Positions 48,688 through 60,930 of a DNA stretch of 63,433 bases are shown here, piece by piece. The notes below the pieces were generated by a model that made no database searches, was not told the origin of the DNA, and saw only the letters and a program-made list of their open reading frames with translations. The stretch's first letter is position 1. The number at the start of each line of letters is the position of its first letter. The translations under genes and the position numbers were made by a program. Origin of the DNA: Chlorokybus atmophyticus (Eukaryota; Plantae; Mesostigma and Chlorokybus algae); NCBI GenBank assembly GCA_009103225.1, contig RHPI01002368.1, forward strand, positions 963,226 to 1,026,658, written 5' to 3'.

Positions 48688-50244
48688 CTGCAGTTGGCCC
48701 ACTCAGGAGAGTAAAGGAGCCAACTGGAGGGGGTGGGGGAGCTCGCTGCACTGAACGAGATTTATTCTCGTTTTGGAGCACGACCAGATCACAAGCACAC
48801 AACGAGTTGTGAGGGAGCACAAGTACATCTGCACATTTCACAAGAACAAGCCAGATACAGGCATTACTTATATGTGCAAGTGTGTATATCTCTATACATC
48901 GTGCTAAGAGTGCCTGGAGGAGAATAATAGTGGCCTTTTCTTCATTAGAGGCCCGCGATAGGTACTCATCCGGATTCTGGGTATTAGATTAGGACAGGCC
49001 ACCCAATGCATGTCACCACACGCACGCTGGTTGTGGTATGGGTGACCCCACCAACAACTGCTTACGAGCACTCTCCAACCACGTTGCACGGGTCGAGGTG
49101 TCTCGCGCGCACGGCACCACCATTGGACTGTACCGCCGCCCAAAATCATGGGCTCATCACAATGGCTGTGCCAACCATCTGGATCGTACCGGAGCGGCAC
49201 CTTCTGCCCGTGCCGACGGAGAGGGGTCCAGTATCGGGGAGCAGCAGGCTCACCGCCTTCATACTCGGGACGCTGGCACATGCTAATGGGGATGACCCTA
49301 CATTGGGGTTGCACCATCCCCATGCTGGCGATCAATCCGCCACTCACACCCATGCCGATCGCAGCCTCGGCCCTGCTTGGCCAATAATAGCGCTTGGGCC
49401 ACGCTAGTGCATTGCCCCTCGTCCGCCGCTGCCTTCGTGAGCAGGCTGACTTGCATGCGCAAGCCAAAGGCGTAGAGTCTAAGGCATTGTCTACCGTTGG
49501 ACATTCGAGATGACAAAACCGTCATCTCATTCCACAAAGGAATAGGGCTCGGAACACCTTATGAAAGTGATTATCGAGCACCAGCCTACACGATGGCTAT
49601 CAGCACGACAGCACGGTGTTAACAAGCAGATATCAAACCTTTTTTCGCCTTGCCACTTCCGACGACATAGGCCTACCTCTAGCAAGCATAGTACGTTACC
49701 ATGAAACTTGCTAGGCAGCATGCTTCAAGCTTAGGGAAAGGTGTTCTTATACAATATGATAGTTGTGTGCACATCCCTTGTACGATTCACGAAGCACACC
49801 CGCGTTTTATGCAATATCAATAAGTTTACTAGTTATCCTTTCGCAACATGATGATAACGCACGCCCCACGTGCACAATCAACTAATACGTCCAAAATGCG
49901 CACAATGCACAGCCGCAACACTACTTGAATACCAACACACATTTGCAGTCGACATACAAACCATACATACACAGACTTCCACCACACCTGCAGATCTCCA
50001 CCTTTTGCTCTCTTCATCTACCTTAAAGACTATTCCTCCCCCCCCCCCTCCGCGTGAGCTCCTTGTCCATCACATCACACTGCATGCCGGTTTGCACACT
50101 TGACAAGTGTTGCGGGCATCACATGATGCACCAATGCAGTGGCGCAGCTACTCATTGGTACAATCACCTGAAGCTATCTGACACACAAGGTGTCTGACTG
50201 CTTTCATTGCATGTTGCCTACGACAACTTTACACCCGAGTTCTG

Positions 50245-50433
50245 ACCCTCCAGGGATAAGCTTACTGCTGGAGGGCTGCAACACAAAAATTAATTCCTAC
50301 AACCATAGTGTATCTAAAACCCTGCAAAGGCAATGCTTGCCCCTGGAGGGTTAGAGCATGGCTACCACTTTATAACAGGGACTCCCATTGAATCTTCACT
50401 TGTCCTCATGAATCCAGCTTGCGCCTGGAGGGC
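50245..50433. repeat. Three spaced degenerate palindromes 3' of subtilase paralog 3
   Basis: accctccagggataagcttactgctggagggc (50245), aaccctgcaaaggcaatgcttgcccctggagggtt (50318), gtcctcatgaatccagcttgcgcctggagggc (50402). Confidence 0.75.
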
Positions 50434-50466
50434 CGGAATATAAGCATCACCCAAAGACCAGAGGCT

Positions 50467-53400
50467 CTATGCAGAGGCTTTGCAGGTGAACACATTGAGC
50501 TTCTCGGCAGCACGAGTGGCATTGATCATGCCGTAGCCCTGCAGCAAGCACACAGTTTGGGTGGGGTCAGCACAGAACGGCACACAACAACCAATACCAC
50601 ACTGATGCCGTTTGTTCGTGATTCAGTGTGTAGCATATCTGATAGAATCTGTTGGGGACAACACGCACCGTTGCATAGTCCCAGCCGCAATCGAATTGGG
50701 GGGTTCTTGGGTCATCCTGCGATAGTTAGTGAGACAGTGAGTGGGTGGGTGGGTGGGTGTGCCAGGAGCCAACCGTGCCACGCGTATGCAAAGCGAGTGT
50801 AGTGCAAGCACCAATCACGATCAGTTCGACAGTCCACTCATACGCACGCACATGCACCACGCCAGCATCTCGCCCACACATATGTAAACTACACACACGC
50901 ACACGTACCATGTCCTCCGCGGTGGAGTACATCGCCTCCACCACATCTCCCACAGTGAGTCCCTTCGGTGCCGTCCCGAACAGCAGCGCCGCGACAGCCG
51001 CCGCGTTGGGAGCCGCCGCGCTCGTGCCGCGAAACTCCGGCTGGAGGTCGCCGTTGGTGTCGCGGCCGTGGAGGGAAGGAGGAGGGAAGAAGGTTGTGTC
51101 AAGCTGAGGGTGAGAGAAGAGTGGGTGAGTGAAGAGTGAGTGAGACGAGCCAATGTAACCTAACTCACTCAACTCACCCCGTCGGGTGCCATGATGAGGC
51201 TCTTGACCAGTTGCGGCTTCGGTAGGCGTTTGCCGGCATCTGCGGGAGGGAGTGGGTGTTGGTGTGTCATGATGATGATGTGTTGTGTGTTTATTAGCCA
51301 TTGCATATGCAGCTCACTTACCCGAGAACAGCAGCGGTGTGCCGACTGCAGACGAGTAATACTCGCGAATAGAGGTTTTCCCCGTGAACGCCCTGCATGC
51401 CACACGCGCGCGAGAACACATCAACACATACTTCTACACACAAACAATATATGCGACAACGACAACATCATCAACACACCCACCGTGCTGCTTGGTAATC
51501 GACGGCGCCGACGGCGACGCTCCCCGCCGCATTCATGTGGCCGTAGCAAGTGGCGGAATTGGTAATGAAGTCAACGGGGCCAGAGAGATCTCCATGAGAA
51601 AAAACGACGTACTGGAGGACGCCAGGCTTGACTCCATTCACCCACTCTGGGACAGACACACACACACACACACATGTAAGCATCAGTCTCGCACATGCAA
51701 CACGGATGCACACGCCACTCACCGACGGTAATGGGTGCCACTACGGTCTCGTTGGAATCGTTGTTAACGACGAGCAGCTCTTGTGCGTCGCCGCCGATGT
51801 TGGGTGTGGTGGCGCGATACAAGACTTCCAGCGCGTTGGACTCGTTGCTTCTGGAGGTGTGGACGTACATGTTGACGTCCGAACGGCAACCCGCCCCGCC
51901 ACTCACAGAATAGAAAGGTTGATCCCTGTTGCATGTGTGTCTCACAACATGTCAACATGCCCAAAGATACGTGTATATGCGTATGTTGTGCGTACCAGTT
52001 GAGGACGATATAGGTTATGTTTGGGCCGAAGCCGAAAAGCTGGCTGGTAATCTTATGTGAGCCTTGCACGCCAAACTGATGACGCTTGCTGCCGCGGAGT
52101 TCACCCGCAACACCGCTGTCCACAAAGTCTGATGATGCAACATGATGCAGAGTATCAGGCACACACACACATGCAACAACAAATCCAACCACAGTCACGC
52201 ACGCGCGTTGAGACCGTTGCGCACGTGTACCTTTGCTGTAAGAGACGAAGCCTTCGTTACCTGCCGGCAGTGAAATGGTTTGGATTAGTATGACCAGCTT
52301 GTTAACGCACATACAAGCGCACATATAATCAGCAGCAGAAAACTAAATAACCAGCCGATACAATTGGAGGCTTACCAGATGCAGAGAAGTATGCCACTCC
52401 ACGCGAACGGACGTAGTTGACGGCTTGCGCGATGATCCCGTTCTGCATGTGGGGCAAGTGTGTGTATGTCATTCAGCTACATATAGCGTGACAGCGTCGT
52501 TTGGGGCTTGCATCACACTGGCATCATGTGTGTGTCCTGACTACAGAACATATGCACACGTGGTTTGTTTGCACATGCATACATGTACCTGGAACATAGG
52601 CTCGTAGAGATAACTAACGTCGTCGACTATCACACGACATCCAGCTTCCGCCAAGCTGCGTGTTCCCCCAACCGTGTGTTCAGTAACCACCACTTACGCA
52701 TGGACTCTATGGCATGGCTCACACGCACACGCACACTCACGCGAGGATGCCGCCCGCGAAGCTGGCCTCGCTGCTCTTCGTCGTGTGGAAGGCGAGGTTG
52801 GCGTCGGGGGCGACGGCGTGGACGAGTTGAAGCATGGCGCGGCCCTCATCGGTGCCAGCATCTGCATGTTGTTGCATGGAATGGCTAGTGCGTGAGCAAA
52901 TGGCAACCCCACACACGTAACCTCACACGAATCTCCTCTCACCGTAATCAAACAACACTTGCACACCCTTTGGAAGCGCATTCGATGCTATGTCTTTAGC
53001 GTATCCACGGAGGCTGTTACACGAGTGATATGTCATGATCAGTCATGTGTCATACAGTCCAACAGTGTGGCACACATACAAGCTCAAAGCAAGAGGCCAA
53101 ACACAACAAAACACAACACAACACCTATTGAAAGAGTCGGACATCACGCCCACTTTGACCGGGCGTCTCCAGCTGCCTTGCAGTTTGAGCGAGGCGGACA
53201 TCGCACGGGAGCCTTGTCTGCTTTGCTGTGTGTGTGTGTGTGTATGTGTGTGTGCCATTCCACTGCAATAAAACCCTACTTTGCGTATACATACGACGCA
53301 ATGGAGTTTTGCCAACCTGGTGTAAGACGGCCAAACTTTCGCGCATGAGGTGCAGATCTTTGCATTTGTCCAGCTGCCAGAGAGAAGAGAAGCGGGGTGA

Positions 53401-53965
53401 GTTGAGAAGGTGGGTTGAGTGTGACACAAGTTGCAGAGAGGGGTGGGCACACACAAGCTTAAGGCTAGGTTGTGTGTGTTTCGCACCGTATTGATAGAAT
53501 CCATGGGCACCCAGCCAGAAACAATGTGCCTATAAGACGCGAGTTGCTTTGCCCCAAGACTCGCCAAACAGGTCTTAAGGTCCTCAGCTGAAGCACCTTC
53601 CACAGCAGCTGCACGTACACACATACACACATAAGACGACAAGAACAGCAACGAGCTTAGCTTAAGCTATGCTTGTGGGCTTGTGCACATCACGCCAACA
53701 ACAATCGGTTGGTGTGTTTGAGGCTGCATGCAAGTACTACTAAACTAAAAGTACCTGCAGTGAAGCGCACCATGTCGTCGCTCACGTGTGAACTCAGGGC
53801 GGCTGCGAGTTTAGTAGTAGCGCCTCCATGCTGCTGCAGGTCGCCTGCGGTGTGCCTGGCGTGGAGAGCCTTCAGGCCTTCGCTTATGGAGGGTTTGGCC
53901 GAAGCATGGGCGGTTATGCAAAGCAGGAGGAAGGCTGACAGGAGAGTTGCGAAAGATGGCGCCAT
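50467..53965 (-). CDS. Secreted S8/S53-clan subtilase, bacterial-type variant, paralog 3 (17 exons, about 600 aa)
   Basis: MAPSFATLLSAFLLLCITAHASAKP signal peptide. Motifs: VKVGVMSDSFN, GTDEGRAMLQLVHAVAP, CRVIVDDVSYLYEPMFQ, YFSASG|NEG, EFRGTSAAAPNAAAVAALL, GYGMINA. Intron positions match paralogs 1 and 2. TAG at 50467-50469. Confidence 0.88.
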
Positions 53966-53976
53966 GCTTGCTGCTG

Positions 53977-54007
<31 letters not shown>

Positions 54008-54401
54008 GAAGAGTCGTCAGTGTGGGCAGAGGCATGTGCACATAGGCAGACAGGCAGAGAGCAAGTCAATACCCACAGTCAAGGACAATGCATGTGCACA
54101 TTTCACCTTGGGGTTTGGGGGGAAGCGCTGAAAGAAGCGCTCAGCCAGCAGGCCGAGCGAGCAACAAACACAGCAGAGCAGAATGCACCGCCCAGACTGC
54201 AATGCAGTGAAGCTTACACATAAGCCTGAGAGTAAAGACGATTCTTGGCTTACCAAGCTTGCCAAGCCAAGTTGACCCCACTAACTGCATCCTATTCTCT
54301 GACTACATATACTATATCTGATTTTAAGTGGGCAGCAGGCGTCAAGGCTTACACAGCCCCGCCCAGGACATGGTCAGCCTTGATGTTTAAGCGTTGATGG
54401 C

Positions 54402-54409
54402 GCATATAC
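54402..54409. promoter_or_regulatory. P1BS-like motif GNATATNC upstream of subtilase paralog 3
   Basis: GCATATAC (GTATATGC on the gene strand), about 437 bp upstream of the ATG, at the position homologous to the paralog 2 site. Confidence 0.45.
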
Positions 54410-54904
54410 CTGCAGCAAGCCCCTTTCACTAGCCGGCGCGTGTCAATGCGGGGCTGCTGAACAAGTGCCTAGCGGACGACTTGCCTGCTATCTGGCGGTA
54501 AATGCCATTGTCTACCAGTCAGACATGACCGAACCTTGTGGTGCAGTACCCGAGAAAGCTGCCTCGCCATCATCATTGCTTATATTTATCTACAATGAGA
54601 TAAAAACCGCTTAATGCCACGCCGCACATGTATGTGTTGACATGTGGTAATAACACGTAGGCTGATGGATTCCGCCTGTCCGACACTCGCATGGTCCACG
54701 CGGCGACATTGGAAGCCAAGTATGCCAACATGTCAACTTGACATGTTGGCATGCTTGGCTCACCTGACAGTATCAAGCGAGCACTTGCTTGGTCAGCTTC
54801 TGTAACACCAGGATGATTTCAAAAATAACCATATCCGTATGTATGTACATTCTGATGACACGTTCTTCGAGCAGCGAGAAACATGCCTCGGTGTTATGAA
54901 AAGG

Positions 54905-54939
54905 GTCCGGCCCGGCCGGACTTTGATGGGCCATCAAAG
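54905..54939. repeat. Two abutting perfect hairpins
   Basis: gtccggcc-c-ggccggac (54905-54921) and ctttgatgg-g-ccatcaaag (54921-54939). Confidence 0.8.
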
Positions 54940-55069
54940 CCATAAAAGACCATGGTGGGAATTATGGCTATTTCTATTTTTATGGAGTACGCCCAGCTGA
55001 CTGGCTGCTATAACACTCGGTGAGCAATTGAAATGCTCGGCTACGGCATTTTTTGCCGTTTTGCAACGG

Positions 55070-55940
55070 GTGAGCAGCGTGTGCCGATAGTTTTGTCGTC
55101 GTCACACATGTTGGTATGTGGCAAAGTGTACGTGGATGTATGCGCCCGTTCACGCAGGGCGTACACGGGGAGAACTTTCATGTGAAAGTTGTACTCGTCT
55201 TCAGTCGGCACACTGTTGCTGTTCTCGGGTAAGTGAGTTGCATATGCAATGGCATTTGCATTCAAGGCTTGCTGTTGGTGACTGACACATTATGATAACC
55301 AACACACCCATTCCCACCCCCAATCACACGCCTACCAAAACAAATAATGCCAGCAATTGCCTACCAAAACAACAACTGTTCAAGAACCTCATCATGGCCC
55401 CCGACGGGGCAAGTTAAGTTAGGTTGCATTGACTTGTATGACTCACGCGCTCTTCACACACGCACTCAATGAGTGTGTACATAGGCTCTTTACTCGTTCG
55501 TTGGTCAACTTGAATAAAGTGTGAGTAATGTGACATCAGCTTTACACAACTTTCCTCCCTCCCGACGGCCGCGACACTAGTATGACTTTTGGGCAACGGT
55601 GACCTCCAGCCCAAGTTCTTCGACACGAGCGCGGCGGCTCCTAACGCGGTGGCCGTGGCGGTGCTGTTTGCGACGGCGCCCATGGGACTCATTGTGGCAG
55701 AGGTCGTGGAGGCTATATATGACATGACGGAAGACATGGTGAAGGTGCGGGTGGGTGGCTGGGTGGGTGGCTGGGGGTGTCGGAGTGAGTTTGTAAGAGT
55801 TGTGCTTCGCACTATGCTGCACTCATGTTGCGTATCTGTGCGCTAATGGTTTCTAAGACACCCACGTGCACTCATTGTGTCATTGCCAGTGCACAATGAC
55901 CCAAAACCTCTCAATTTGACCGCGATAACGACTGCGGTAA
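55070..55940 (+). pseudogene. Truncated fourth subtilase copy (3' exons only)
   Basis: Exon AYTGRTFM* has an in-frame TGA at 55183-55185. Later exon remnants are LPKQQLFKNLIMAPDG, KFFDTSAAAPNAVAV (Gly to Asp before Thr-Ser) and a decayed DDPRT-like exon lacking its acceptor. No 5' exons and no final exon. Confidence 0.85.
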
Positions 55941-58454
55941 CGATAGTCGCACACACGGACGCTGTCACTGTGCGTGGGTGACTGATTGGCACACATGTGC
56001 ACACACAATACCGCCCACATGCCATTCGGGATGGTGAGGGGAGCCCCTTTAACAGCTACCAGCCAGGCACCCCACTCACAAATAACAAGACCAGAATTGC
56101 ACACAACTGTAACTGACCAGCGGTTGCAACTCAGCTCTTATACCCATACCGCTCTTCGAACTAACACACATTAATGGCTCACAAGGCCATTATCAGTGTG
56201 TGTTGTCAGCACATGCTAACATTATCCCTACATAAAGATCGTTGAACTCCTCTTTCAGTTGGCCCACTTCGGGATTGACAATCTGAGATGACAGGTTCAT
56301 ATGTTAAACCTACAATCTTTAAGTATACATGTACTTGTGATTTGTTTTTTATCGTTATCTTATCAATGTTTTCGGCCAGATATGACATCCTCCGCGCCTG
56401 GCTACTATTGCCTTAGCAATGCCTCTTCGGACGCGTCCCGGAAAGCTTGTAGCTCCCATGGCTATACTTGTTATTCATTAAAGCTCATTAATACTATAAA
56501 AAGCGTTGTACCAGTGGCAAACCGCAAGATATTATACGAATTGCCATCCTCGCTCACTCATGAAGGGTGTCACATAATACATGCCATTAAGATGCAATAC
56601 GAAAGGCTGACACGCCACGAACATTGATTGGCTCTGTGTTTGCCCTCATCAATGCCATACAGATCCAGATTCATCCGACGATCAGTGATACTTATTGCCT
56701 TAGAGGCCGAGACCAATGTGCGTGCCCGATAAGCACTTCGCACGCTATGAAAAACAAGTCCCATGTTGGGTGGTCTTCTTTGCGTTAAAAATAGAGCAAT
56801 GAGGGCACGCGTGATAACGATTGCAATTTAATAGTTACCTGTTTTTTTTTGGGTTAACCCCTTGCAAATCTAACGCCGCTTGCTATGATTAAGGCCATAC
56901 ACATAGAGACCAACTTGACAACTAATGGATAGATAACTTTCCCTACAACGTGCATTTTTCCAGGTGGTTTTTAGTGGTGAAACGAGGGAAAACACGCAGG
57001 GCGGCTAAATTAGCATGATATTAGTATCATGAAAAGTCGGAACTATGATTCGCATATCATTATATAACTTTCACCACGCCAGAGTTCATGCCACCAACCT
57101 TTGCATTTGCCCCCTATTTGAAATCTTATATGTTAAAACTGGCTTTTTAGCTTCATATGTATATGGTATGGCCCCAGTTATACGGCGTGGGTCAAGCAAA
57201 GCATATACGCATATGACCAATATCATGGAACACAATAATTGCGTCGCAATTATGCAGTTTTTGTCTCGCGCATGAATTTACATACTATATGTACCTGTAT
57301 AAAAGCCCCCACATTTCACAAAAGCCCCCCACCCTTTTGCATGAAACGGGCTTGTAATGAAGGGGGCGAGAGAGGGGAGGGGGGGGGGGGCTCTTATTGA
57401 GCGGATGATTGTAATGTTAAGAGTAACCCATGTTTGGTATGTGTAACTGACGGGCAAAACTGGCCTCGCGTAACGCATGTGGGGGCTTGTAAATGGTTAC
57501 CTGGCAGTATTTATGATTACTGTCAAGCCCATTGGAGGGCTTATCAGTATTTACAAAAATTCCCCACGTTTTCTATAAAAGGGGCTTGTAATATGAGGAA
57601 GCTTTTATACATATTGTTATTTATTCCGCACCATGTTTAACATATGCTAATCAATCCATGAGATGGCATGTCAAAATACATTACAGATTAACACATCACC
57701 ACATCTCAATTCAAGGCTACCGAATGCATGTTGTGTTGCGCATGCACATGTATAACTTGTTTACATGTGTGAAACCCAATCGATCAATGTGCAATACATC
57801 GATGAAACTAGTTAACGCTCTCGGTCAAATTTTAACATAACTAGCAAAGCATCAACAATGCAAACATACATATGTTTGTGTATGTATGCTATGCACGTGT
57901 CAAAGTGGCGACCATATTTAATAGCCATGTGAGGATGCGCACTGTAATCAAGATTAGGTTACATGTGCACTGAAGGCATTAACGCTTAGTACTTCACAAA
58001 ATGATGTTCCATTCTTTAAAAAGTAAATGTTGATGAAGATAAGTTGTAGTTCCATTCCTCTACCTTGAGGTATTGCGACACATGGGACCTTAACCACTAT
58101 GCAGGCTATGCAGCAAAAGCGCTCGCTATTCTGGTGGACGAAAACGGCACATAGATTTCCCACTGCATTGCTCATGCTCAACGTACCATTATCATGCCGA
58201 CGTGACAAAAGTAACAAAACATTCTCAGATCCAGCCCGAGGGAATGTGTTTTTAGGCCTGAGGGAATCTGTCTATACAGATTCTAAAACGATTCCGCCGT
58301 CAGGCACTGCCTGCATTGATTGATTGCTGGCCGCTTCATTTCTCGCCTGTGTCGTGGAGCACGCTTAATGATGAATGCATGGATGATGACGACTTTTATC
58401 CACTTTTCTAAGAACTTGTGCACAGCACAACGGTATCGCCGCAACACGGCGGGG

Positions 58455-58462
58455 GCATATGC
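58455..58462. promoter_or_regulatory. P1BS-like motif GCATATGC upstream of the phosphatase gene
   Basis: About 140 bp upstream of the ATG at 58600. A single 8-mer, so weak on its own. Confidence 0.35.
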
Positions 58463-58599
58463 CTCCGCCGTGCACACAGGCGGCTGCCGTCATTGAGAAC
58501 AAAACATGCAAAGTCATCACATTCAGCACACTGACCAGTGCCGCTGCCACACTGTCTCCATCGTTATTGTAGTTGTGGGCGGTGGCGGTGTCCGTCACC

Positions 58600-59593
58600 A
58601 TGGCGGGTTCAAGCATGGTGTGCATGTCGGCCATGCTGTTCATGCTGGTCACATCTGCTTCCTTCAGTGAGGTGGCTGCTCACAATGGCCGCCACCACAA
58701 CGACTACAATCCGTACACATCCCGCCGACTGCGATACAATGCGGACGGCACCTTCAAGATACTCCAGGTGGGTATACCCACTAGCATGCTCAGCAGTTGG
58801 CACATACAACGCATGAGAGTGTGCATGCAATGCATGAGAGTGCCACACACGCGTATGTGCACAGCCGCACAGCACGAGTGAGTTGGAGGCTGGATGCTGT
58901 CAGCAGGTGGTTGTGATTGCACGTGGCATACATGTCCGCATACACACACGCACAAGCAATGACACTTGTCGACACACACACGCGTGCGCACACATACACA
59001 CACACCTTGCAGGTTGCTGACATGCACTACACGAATGGTGCTGTCGTGACCGGCAACGGCTACGCCAACGCGTGCCAGAACATCTTGCCTGAATGGGCCG
59101 CTGCGGGCCCGTGCGACGACACCAACACGACGCAGTACCTCGCGCAACTGCTCGACCTGGAGAGACCAGACCTCGTCGTGTTCACCGGAGACAACATATT
59201 TGGATCAGACTGCATCAACCATAATGACAGCATGAGGGAGTTCCGAAAGCCCTTAGAGGACCGCGAGGTGAAAAGATTTGTGTGCGTGCGCGCACACATG
59301 TGCGTGTGGGTGTAACAGTTATTCAGGTTGGACATGTTCTTTACTTGCCTAAATTGTGTGATGCAGATTCCATGGATGATTATCTTTGGCAACCACGACG
59401 AGGAGTACAGTCCTAATGGCAACGCCGCTGAGGGGCTGCCACCGACCTTCACCACGCGCAGGCAGCTCGTTGCTGTGGACCAGGAGTCCAAGTTGTCACT
59501 CACACAGGTAAGGGGCACACGCACATACATGCACTCTTTGGTCCTGTGGAGTGCATGTTACAACCGTAAAGTACAATTGTCAAGTGAACTTTG

Positions 59594-59638
<45 letters not shown>

Positions 59639-60930
59639 GGGCCTTCTTTCCTTCATGGGGTGGGCACCTATGCCTACACCGTCAATGGTCATTCAGACAA
59701 CAAGCCCAAGGTGAGGCGATTGTCGTGTGTGTTGTCCAGCACATACACATGCGAAACAGAAGTGAGTGAAACCAACTGTTGGCACATGGCTGACTGACTG
59801 ATTGATGCAACATTGCAGCACGCGCTATACCTGTTTGACAGCGGCGCCTACAACAACTCGGGGCCCAGCGTGTTCGGCGGCGATGGTGGCTACGACTGGT
59901 ATGTGTGTTGCATGAGCATTGTGTCGCCGTGGTTACAGTTGTTGTAATTGTTGTTGATGTTAACACAATACGTCACCTGTCATGCAGGGTTCACTACGAC
60001 CAGGTTGCGTGGTACGCGACGACGTCGAAACGTCTGACCAAGCGCGAGGGGCGACAGATACCCGCGGTGGCATTCTGGCACATCCCCATACCCGAATACG
60101 AAACAGTAAGAGTGTAGTGCAATGAACGCATTGTTGCTATGACACAATGTAACAATCAACACATTGTGCAGGCGTACAGCTGCGGCACTGGCAGCGTCGA
60201 GAGGCCGGACCGAGTGGACTACAGAGGCGGGCGCTACGGTACGTCGTTTGGGCCTTTGACGACGGAGGCGGGTACAGGACTCTTCGCCACACTGTCTTGC
60301 GAGGAGGTGGGTGGGTGGGTGTGCGCGCGCGTGTGCACGCATGCATGTTGTCGATTGCCAGCACATACTGATTGGTTGACATCCAGCATGCGTGCGTACT
60401 GATGCTCACTGTCCTGTATTTTGTGCAGCAACTTGGCAAGATCAAGGGTGACAAGCACGAGGGCGTCTACAGGTAGGCATCGCGCGTACCATGTATTGAT
60501 GGAGCAACCAACCACACATGTTACTCACACACAACATGTGCACTGTCACGCAGTCCGCACGTGTCGACTGGCCTGCTCGGCGCCTTCAACGAGATTGGCG
60601 ATGTCAAGATGGGAACTGTGGGTCACGACCACATCAATGACTTCTGCGCTCCTTTCCTCGGCGTTCACCTATGCTATGGTGGCGGGTTCGGATACCATGC
60701 GTATGGAATTGAGGTGTGTACATTGCCACTGTGATACGTGTTACAGTCTGAGCGGTGTAACGCGATATGTGACTGATTGTTGTTGTTGTTGTTGTTGTTG
60801 TGTATGTCAGGGGCTCCAAAGACGCGCCCGGATCAAGTTGTATGAGTCAGGTCGCATTAACACGTACAAGCGCCTCGACTACTTTGGCAATTATGACGTC
60901 ATTGACTACCAAACCATATATGAGGCCTAA
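58600..60930 (+). CDS. Secreted calcineurin-like metallophosphoesterase, plant PAP28/PAP29 (DCR2/SIA1-like) type; multi-exon
   Basis: Signal peptide MAGSSMVCMSAMLFMLVTSASFSEVAA. Motifs: GTFKILQ|VADMHY, PDLVVFTGDNIFG, IFGNHDEE, LYLFDSG, AFWHIPIPEY, VGHDHINDFC, LCYGGGFGYHAYG, RRARI. Spliced in frame to TAA at 60930. Confidence 0.9.

Noticed and set aside
48904-49467. 187-aa minus-strand ORF after the Gypsy PHD
   Set aside because: No family recognised in any frame. It may be TE-derived, and I cannot support a call.
50245-50433. CRISPR interpretation of the palindrome-spacer arrays behind the subtilases
   Set aside because: Eukaryotic locus, no cas genes, only three degenerate units, and the spacers are homologous between paralogs rather than independently acquired.
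56300-56780. Possible decayed transposase or LINE fragment
   Set aside because: All frames are heavily interrupted and I could not identify a diagnostic motif.
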